Positions 58,169-64,000 of a DNA stretch of 64,000 nt are shown one piece after another. Location of the stretch: contig JBPOFS010000004.1 in NCBI GenBank assembly GCA_051252515.1, positions 228,880-292,879 of the forward strand, in the 5' to 3' direction. Positions within the stretch are counted from its first letter, which is position 1. Every line of letters starts with the position of its first letter. The position numbers and the translations under genes were made by a program. The notes beneath the pieces were generated by a model, which did no database searches, had not been told where the DNA came from, and saw only the letters and a program-made list of their open reading frames with translations. The DNA comes from Gammaproteobacteria bacterium (GTDB lineage: Bacteria > Pseudomonadota > Gammaproteobacteria > Pseudomonadales > Pseudohongiellaceae).

Positions 58169-60382
58169 ATGAGCAAAAACCAGCACAGCAATGTCGAAAA
58201 ACTCCCCATCGGCGGCGGCTTGAAAGCCGTAAAGTATGTGCTATCGATCGCAAACGATGTGGGACCTCGACGCCTTGCCGAGGCCGTGCGCTCAAAGAAT
58301 ACTTGTAAAGCTTGTGCATTTGGCACTGGCGGTCAACGTGGCGGCCTGCACAATGAACACAATACAGGCATTGAAATTTGCAATAAAAACATTCAAGCCC
58401 AATCAGGCGATATGCGCGCAGCCATCCCCAGCGCCATTTTTGCCGACAATAGCATTGCGGAACTTCAACAACTCACCGGTCGCGAACTCGAAGCTCTAGG
58501 GCGCCTAGCACACCCTTTGTACAAAGCCCCAGGGGCCGAGCATTACCGTGTCATCACATACGATGAAGCCATCGCACTGATTAGCACCAAGATGCGGGCA
58601 AGCAAGCCGTCGCGCAGTTTCTTTTACAGCTCCGGGCGCTCCTCTAACGAGGCGGCCTTTATACTGCAGCTATTCGCACGGTTATTTGGCAGCAACCATG
58701 TCAACAATTGCTCCTATTATTGCCACCAAGCCTCTGGCGTTGGTTTGCACGCCAGTATTGGCACTGGCACTGCCACCGTCCAATATCAAGATTTAGAGAA
58801 AGCCGACACTATTTTAGTGATCGGGGCGAATCCCGCTTCCAACCACCCGCGGTTCCTGAAAGTCTTAATCGAATGCCGAAGACGCGGCGGCAATGTCATC
58901 GTCATTAATCCTGCCAAGGAACCGGGCTTGGTTCGTTTCGCCTCACCTAGCAATTTCCGCTCAATGATTGTCGGTGGCGCTAAGATCGCTTCGCATTATT
59001 TACAGCCGCACGTAGGTGGCGATCTCGCACTGCTACAGGCAATTGCTAAGGCCATATTGGAAGACGGCGGCAGCGATGCGGCCTTTATCAGCGCCCACAC
59101 GAATCATTTTGCCCAATACCAATCTCATATCGAGACCCTGCAATGGCCAACCCTCGTCGCACAAAGCGGCGTCGAAGAAACACTCATTCGAGAGGTTGCA
59201 CAACTACTGACTCACTCTACGCGCAGTGTTTTTAGTTGGGGTATGGGGGTCACTCATCACAGCAATGGTGTGGACAATATAGAGGCAATTAGCAACCTCG
59301 CACTGCTGCTCGGCATGATCGCAAAACCTGGTAGCGGTCTATTACCACTGCGCGGACACAGCAATGTGCAAGGGGTCGGCTCGATGGGAGTGACCCCCGC
59401 GCTTAAGACACAAGTATTAGACGGCTTAGAGAAAAGCCTTGGCATCACACTACCAAAAACAGCAGGCATGGATACACTTGCCTGTATGCGTGCGGCACAC
59501 CAAGGCGAGATCGACATGGCGTTTCTCTTGGGCGGCAATCTCTATGCCGCTACTCCTGACTCGACATTCGCGGATGCAGCTCTAGCCGCCATCCCCTTCA
59601 AGGTGCAAATTAACTCTACCTTGAATCTAAGCCATGTTTACGGCATAGGAGAAGAAAGTATTGTGCTCCCCATTCGAGTGCGCGATGAAGAGCAGCAAGG
59701 CACCACTCAGGAGTCAATGTTTAGCTTTGTGCGCCTTAGTGACGGAGGGTTTGAACGCATAGAAGGGCTGCGCTCTGAAGTGTCGCTCATTAGCAGTATT
59801 GCCGCTGACGTCATCGACAAAGAGACTCTCGACTTTAATGTGTTCAGTAGCCACAGAGAAATTCGTAGCGCTATCGCAAAGGTAATACCCGGTTATGAAG
59901 CCATCGATAATATTGATGAGACTAAAGAAGAGTTTCATATCCAAGGGCGATTGCTCAATCAACCGAAGTTCAACACTCCCGATGGCCGGGCAAATTTCCG
60001 CCTTCCGTCATGTCCTCAGCCCTTGTCTCGCAATACACACCCAGGACAATATACCCTTAGCAGTGTCCGCAGTGAAGGTCAGTTCAATACCATTGTGTAC
60101 ACCGACAATGATGTCTACAGAGGGCAAACAGCCCGTAATATCGTACTAATGCATCCCTTGGATATCGAGAAAGAAGGTTTCAAAGAAGGGATGAAAGTCC
60201 GCTTAGACAATGCCACTGGCAGCATGCGCGCACTCACTCTACATGCATTCGACATCCGCCAAGGAAACCTTTTGACTTATTTCCCCGAAGCCAATGTTCT
60301 TATACCCCTAGACGCCGACCCCCGTAGCCACACACCGTCATTCAAGGCAGTGCAAATCAAAATCACGGCAGACCGAACCTAA
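58169..60382 (+). CDS. FdhF/YdeP-family molybdopterin oxidoreductase
   Basis: 737 aa with the YdeP-type N-terminus (GGGLKAVKYVL...KNTCKACAFG). The molybdopterin-binding blocks and the C-terminal barrel are present. There is no in-frame TGA. Confidence 0.8.
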   Translation: MSKNQHSNVEKLPIGGGLKAVKYVLSIANDVGPRRLAEAVRSKNTCKACAFGTGGQRGGLHNEHNTGIEICNKNIQAQSGDMRAAIPSAIFADNSIAELQQLTGRELEALGRLAHPLYKAPGAEHYRVITYDEAIALISTKMRASKPSRSFFYSSGRSSNEAAFILQLFARLFGSNHVNNCSYYCHQASGVGLHASIGTGTATVQYQDLEKADTILVIGANPASNHPRFLKVLIECRRRGGNVIVINPAKEPGLVRFASPSNFRSMIVGGAKIASHYLQPHVGGDLALLQAIAKAILEDGGSDAAFISAHTNHFAQYQSHIETLQWPTLVAQSGVEETLIREVAQLLTHSTRSVFSWGMGVTHHSNGVDNIEAISNLALLLGMIAKPGSGLLPLRGHSNVQGVGSMGVTPALKTQVLDGLEKSLGITLPKTAGMDTLACMRAAHQGEIDMAFLLGGNLYAATPDSTFADAALAAIPFKVQINSTLNLSHVYGIGEESIVLPIRVRDEEQQGTTQESMFSFVRLSDGGFERIEGLRSEVSLISSIAADVIDKETLDFNVFSSHREIRSAIAKVIPGYEAIDNIDETKEEFHIQGRLLNQPKFNTPDGRANFRLPSCPQPLSRNTHPGQYTLSSVRSEGQFNTIVYTDNDVYRGQTARNIVLMHPLDIEKEGFKEGMKVRLDNATGSMRALTLHAFDIRQGNLLTYFPEANVLIPLDADPRSHTPSFKAVQIKITADRT

Positions 60383-60486
60383 AACCGCACAGCAATGGCA
60401 TTGCCTGTTTTGCCTCTCGGTTTGTCGATTTTCCCCATGCTCCCGACGCTAAGCTGCTAGAATCGTGGGCAAATCAATTTGTAACT

Positions 60487-61227
60487 ATGAGCATCATGCA
60501 CCTGTTTCGAAAACTCATTTTCGTACTGCTGCTTTTTCCCGCCACACTCCATGCGTCGGAAGAACTCGTCACTATCGCAGACGGCAGCACTATAAAAGTC
60601 TTCGTCTTCTATCCGAAAAATTACGGAGAAGGCCCTTGGCCACTAACGGTCCTGATGTCTGGCGGCACAGCAAACGAATATGTCGTGCGCGCGCAATTCT
60701 GGCTGGGCCATGAACTGGCGAACCAAGGCTGGGCTATTGCTGTGCCTGTCTCCCCAAACGACGATGGTTTTTTCGGGACTAGCGGTGAGCGCATTCCCGA
60801 GGTCATCGCAAGCCTACAAGAATCCTCTGATATTCAACCAGGAAAAGCACTTTTAGTCGGCGTGTCCAATGGCGGCAGCTCGGCACTGGAAATCGCCAGC
60901 CGCCATCCCGACAACTATTACGGTGTTGTCGCCGTACCTGGCATTGTGAAAGACGAGAGCAAAATTGGCCAATTCAACGGTTTGCCCGTTTACGTGCGCA
61001 TCGGTGAGAATGACTTTCTGCGTTGGAACAAAGAACTGCCTAAATTGATTAGACAGCTTACAGACGCAGGGGCAAAGGTGAATGCCAAACTCGAGCCCAA
61101 TGCCAACCACGTCTTTCCTATTAACTGGAACGAACTACAACCTTGGCTCGATAGCATCCGCGAAGAAGCAGACACTATCGGCGACAAGGCTGTGCCTATT
61201 CAAGAACGACTTTCTTCGATCCAATAG
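60487..61227 (+). CDS. Secreted alpha/beta hydrolase (esterase/peptidase S9-like)
   Basis: 246 aa with a signal peptide, the nucleophile elbow LVGVSNGGS and a C-terminal His block (NANHVF). Confidence 0.6.
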   Translation: MSIMHLFRKLIFVLLLFPATLHASEELVTIADGSTIKVFVFYPKNYGEGPWPLTVLMSGGTANEYVVRAQFWLGHELANQGWAIAVPVSPNDDGFFGTSGERIPEVIASLQESSDIQPGKALLVGVSNGGSSALEIASRHPDNYYGVVAVPGIVKDESKIGQFNGLPVYVRIGENDFLRWNKELPKLIRQLTDAGAKVNAKLEPNANHVFPINWNELQPWLDSIREEADTIGDKAVPIQERLSSIQ

Positions 61228-61559
61228 TCAACGACTACTCCATCTTTGATTTCAATCGACAGCTGACTTTCTTGGCTTTTCTCAACATCGATATGAAATA
61301 AGAGAAACAAACCGACCTCTGTTTCGACTTCGCTTCTGTTGCTGTAGTGCCACAGCTGGGAGCCATCTTCATATTGAGTCATGCGGCTTGGCTCCCCGAA
61401 ACTACTGCGAACCCACGACACACTCGTCTGTCCACGCTGGATTCGCGACACCTCGTGCTCACTCCATCGAGCGCTTTGTGTGTGCGTATCTGAATCCACT
61501 GTAAACAGACATCCGGTAAGTAAAAGCATTCCTGCGAGCATTATCAGTCTCTTTATCAT
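61200..61559 (-). CDS. Lipoprotein with BamE/SmpA_OmlA-like domain
   Basis: 119 aa with the lipobox LLLTGC. The block IQRGQTSVSWVRSSFGEPS resembles the BamE fold signature. It overlaps the 3' end of the convergent hydrolase gene by 28 nt. Confidence 0.5.
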   Translation of the reverse strand: MIKRLIMLAGMLLLTGCLFTVDSDTHTQSARWSEHEVSRIQRGQTSVSWVRSSFGEPSRMTQYEDGSQLWHYSNRSEVETEVGLFLLFHIDVEKSQESQLSIEIKDGVVVDYWIEESRS

Positions 61560-61762
61560 TGTGCCTGCCTCTTTATCATTATTGTTAATGGTTCTCTCTA
61601 GCCCAAATCTCTAGAGCTCCATGCCATATTAATCAGCCCAGATGAATCAAGACTGAATCAACACGGCATACTAAAGTTTTCCCATTGCGACGCTTTTCCT
61701 CTATTATCGCCAGCACTTAAACAAATCAATTCGAATCGTCAACTAGGAGTAACAACGACATC

Positions 61763-62131
61763 ATGTACACATTGGTAAAAGTCATTCATATGAGTTTCGC
61801 AATGATCTCAGTGCTGGGCTTCATATTTCGAGGCATCCTAAAGATCAAAGAATCCCCTATTGTCGACAAGAAGCTCGTAAAAGTGTTGCCACACGTTGTG
61901 GACACAGTGCTACTTGTAAGCGCGATCACTCTAGTCGTGATGTCTGGGCAATATCCCTGGGTTGCCCCTTGGGTAGGTGCGAAAATTGTTGGACTTATTG
62001 TCTATATCGGCTTGGGCGTTGTAGTGATGCGTACTGCAAAAACTCCAAAAGCACGCATGACTGCATTCGTGCTTGCTCTGATCACAGTCGCCTATATATT
62101 TATGGTAGCGGGAACAAAGACGATTTTTTAA
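61763..62131 (+). CDS. SirB2/YchQ-family membrane protein
   Basis: 122 aa with four TM helices. The N-terminus K.IH...A.IS..GF..RG is typical of SirB-family proteins. Confidence 0.55.
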   Translation: MYTLVKVIHMSFAMISVLGFIFRGILKIKESPIVDKKLVKVLPHVVDTVLLVSAITLVVMSGQYPWVAPWVGAKIVGLIVYIGLGVVVMRTAKTPKARMTAFVLALITVAYIFMVAGTKTIF

Positions 62132-62149
62132 ACCGTCCGGTTTTAATTC

Positions 62150-62177
62150 TTGACTTCCACCGTATTCGGAATACAAT
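62150..62177 (+). promoter_or_regulatory. Near-consensus sigma70 promoter (TTGACT-16 nt-TACAAT)
   Basis: TTGACT lies at 62150-62155 and TACAAT at 62172-62177. The site is 19 nt after the sirB2 stop and upstream of a 36-codon ORF and a strong terminator. Confidence 0.5.
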
Positions 62178-62344
62178 TCTCGCCCTTAATTTAATTTTTA
62201 AAAGTTTTGAACACATGTTTACTCAAATTAGTCATCGCAAATCCCACACACAGCGCACAGTTAACACTGCGGCCATGCTGTCGTGCGCGCCTAGCGTTAA
62301 GACCTGGGAGGTCGACTTAGAGTAAACTTCTAATTCAAAAATAT

Positions 62345-62388
62345 TTGTTTTAAGAAAAGGCCTCTAAGTTCTCGTCGAATTTAGAGGC
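62345..62388 (+). terminator. Rho-independent terminator
   Basis: AGGCCTCTAA-13 nt loop-TTAGAGGCCT followed by TTTTTATTT, with an A-tract upstream. Confidence 0.85.
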
Positions 62389-62446
62389 CTTTTTATTTGC
62401 CTAAAAAAAAGTACTGCCCAGAAAGAGGCCAAGTACAGGGGGACCT

Positions 62447-63694
62447 ATGCCTGAAATAAACACAGAGAATGAAAAACACACAATAATACTCGCACTAAAG
62501 CGCAATATTCGTGTGATTTATGCAATGGCATTTTTCCATGCTTTTATGCTAATCGCGCCAGTGCTTGTGCCGTTTTTTGAGTCTAAAGGTTTAACCATAG
62601 CGCAAATATTCTACTTACAAGCAATATTTGCCGGCACCATAATGTTACTTGAGGCCCCTTCTGGTTACTTGGCAGATAGGTTCGGACGACGCAGCGTATT
62701 ATTAGTTGGCAGCGTTGCCCACGGCTTAGGGTCATTGTGCTTGGTTTTTGCAGACGGGTTTTTCGGATTGGTATTATTCGAATTTGTATTAGGCATTGCT
62801 GCCAGCATGATGTCAGGGGCTGACTTGGCGCTACTCTATGACTCAGAGCACGCATTGAATGATACCGAAGATGAGCACAGCAATAGCATCGCTCACCTAA
62901 CCTCCACTAAAGCCTTAGCGGCGGGATCAGGGGCGTTACTCGGAGGCGCACTCGCCCTATGGTCGTTTGACGCCATTGTCCTTGCACAAGCTGCGCTCGC
63001 GTGGATTTGTCTTGTCTTAGCACTGATGATTACTGAGCCACCAAACACCCCAGAACCCGGTACCGAAACTGCACTGAATTTCGAGGGCATTTTCAAGCAC
63101 ATTTTTAAAGGGGATAAGTTACTAAGACAGGTATTCTTTGCCATTCCTTTATACAACCTCAGCACCTTTCAAGTGGTGTGGTTGATTCAACCCTATTGGC
63201 AAGAGAGAGGCTTGTCATTGTTAATGTTTGGGGTCTTGTGGTTTGCGCAAAACTTAACCGTTGGCTTTGCCAGTCACTTCGGAGCTGCAGTGGAGAAACA
63301 CAAAGGCGCTGTTTTTGCACTTTTGTTGATGGGGGTTTTACCAATTGCAGCTCACTTTGGCATGGCATGGTTCAACGGGTGGTATGGAATCACCTTATGT
63401 TTCATCGTGTTTTTCTGCCGAGGACTCTATCAAGTCACTCTGGTCAATGCACTGAATAAACGAGTTCCTGGTAGTGTAAGAGCAACCGTCAATTCGTTAA
63501 CAAGCCTAACATTTAGGTTTGGGTTTGTTTTAACGGGCCCATTATTAGGCCATATCGCACAGACCAAGGGGCTATCCACAGCATTGAACATGCTAGGCTT
63601 TAGTTCTTTACTGATGTTTCTGCTAATTATGCTGCCCTTGGTTAGAGCAGTTAAAAAAATGCAGGCCAATACGGTTCTGACAAAGCCGCTCTAA
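62447..63694 (+). CDS. MFS transporter
   Basis: 415 aa with about 12 TM helices and the MFS loop 2-3 motif (GYLADRFGRRSVLL). Confidence 0.82.
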   Translation: MPEINTENEKHTIILALKRNIRVIYAMAFFHAFMLIAPVLVPFFESKGLTIAQIFYLQAIFAGTIMLLEAPSGYLADRFGRRSVLLVGSVAHGLGSLCLVFADGFFGLVLFEFVLGIAASMMSGADLALLYDSEHALNDTEDEHSNSIAHLTSTKALAAGSGALLGGALALWSFDAIVLAQAALAWICLVLALMITEPPNTPEPGTETALNFEGIFKHIFKGDKLLRQVFFAIPLYNLSTFQVVWLIQPYWQERGLSLLMFGVLWFAQNLTVGFASHFGAAVEKHKGAVFALLLMGVLPIAAHFGMAWFNGWYGITLCFIVFFCRGLYQVTLVNALNKRVPGSVRATVNSLTSLTFRFGFVLTGPLLGHIAQTKGLSTALNMLGFSSLLMFLLIMLPLVRAVKKMQANTVLTKPL

Positions 63695-63730
63695 CCCTAG
63701 CCGTGCACCATTGTTGTGCACGGCTAGGGT
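63694..63730. promoter_or_regulatory. Perfect 15-bp-arm palindrome containing an NtrC-like site; alternatively a terminator hairpin
   Basis: The arms are ACCCTAGCCGTGCAC and GTGCACGGCTAGGGT, separated by CATTGTT. The inner 17-mer TGCACCATTGTTGTGCA differs at one defined position from TGCACCA-N3-TGGTGCA. No T-tract follows. Confidence 0.4.
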
Positions 63731-63952
63731 CGTCATAGAGCAGCTGCACGGGGTTGGTGCTTTACTAGGCACCATGGTAAAATTCGCGCGCTATTCAAGT
63801 ACCATCTCGCCATACACTCTACGTCTTGCAGCCTCATTTTGTGAGACTCGTTAAATTGTGAACGTACGGCGAGATTGTGCACCGAAGCGAAGCATGCACG
63901 ATGCATCACTTCGCTCAAAACGCATGCCTATTAACGCTGCTGGAGAAAATCC

Positions 63953-64000
63953 ATGAAACTTATTACCGCAATTATTAAACCTTTTAAATCTGATGATGTA
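63953..64000 (+). CDS. glnK: Nitrogen regulatory protein P-II (5' end only, 16 codons)
   Basis: MKLITAIIKPFKSDDV matches the canonical P-II N-terminus. A GGAGA sits 6 nt upstream. The gene is truncated by the window end, so the glnB versus glnK assignment is uncertain. Confidence 0.7.
   Translation, partial: MKLITAIIKPFKSDDV

Noticed and set aside
58169-60382. Selenocysteine recoding in the FdhF/YdeP-type molybdoenzyme
   Set aside because: The ORF is uninterrupted, with Cys at the expected ligand region (KNTCKACAFG). There is no in-frame TGA and no SECIS-like hairpin.
63733-63918. 61-aa minus-strand ORF between the MFS and P-II genes
   Set aside because: It has no SD, sits in the regulatory region upstream of glnK, and has an atypical composition. 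The region is better explained as a promoter/enhancer.
63762-63952. Sigma54 (-24 GG / -12 GC) promoter for the P-II gene
   Set aside because: The only near match (GGCGAGATTGTGCA) has a GG-to-GC spacing one nucleotide too short and poor flanking consensus. It is therefore not reported as a feature.

Overview
This is a 64 kb chromosomal segment from a gammaproteobacterium. That assignment is inferred from synteny: lptFG divergent from pepA, pepA...valS, ribF-ileS-fkpB-ispH, and pntAA-pntAB-pntB. Hand counts of single 60-nt lines give about 55% GC in pepA. Most of the window is ordinary, tightly packed housekeeping and periplasmic or outer-membrane metabolism. This includes transhydrogenase, LPS export permeases, aminoacyl-tRNA synthetases, two PQQ dehydrogenases, a TonB-dependent receptor, YeeE/rhodanese sulfur genes, MadLM plus an acyl-CoA synthetase, and a YdeP-type molybdoenzyme. 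The clear exception is a roughly 7.4 kb mosaic accessory island (about 8115-15548) inserted between pepA and valS, where holC normally sits. It has three modules: (i) a decayed phage tail-fibre operon end, (ii) a secreted S8 protease with a small secreted partner, and (iii) a translationally coupled pair made of a ParB/Srx-fold + HTH + unknown-domain protein and a Dam-family m6A methyltransferase. Module (iii) is my best candidate for an undescribed restriction-modification-like or defence/epigenetic system. The island is laced with, and bounded by, a family of long structured palindromic repeats: a three-unit tandem array at 14994-15450, which shows a compensatory stem substitution, and fragments at each module junction. 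Other unannotated signals are a two-hairpin ACGA-loop guanidine-II (mini-ykkC) riboswitch upstream of sugE, a Fur-box-like site, NtrC-like palindromes upstream of a truncated P-II gene, and a strong orphan promoter + 36-codon ORF + terminator unit. No rRNA, tRNA, CRISPR array, integrase or transposase was recognised. All product calls come from reading motifs in the supplied translations. No database search was run.
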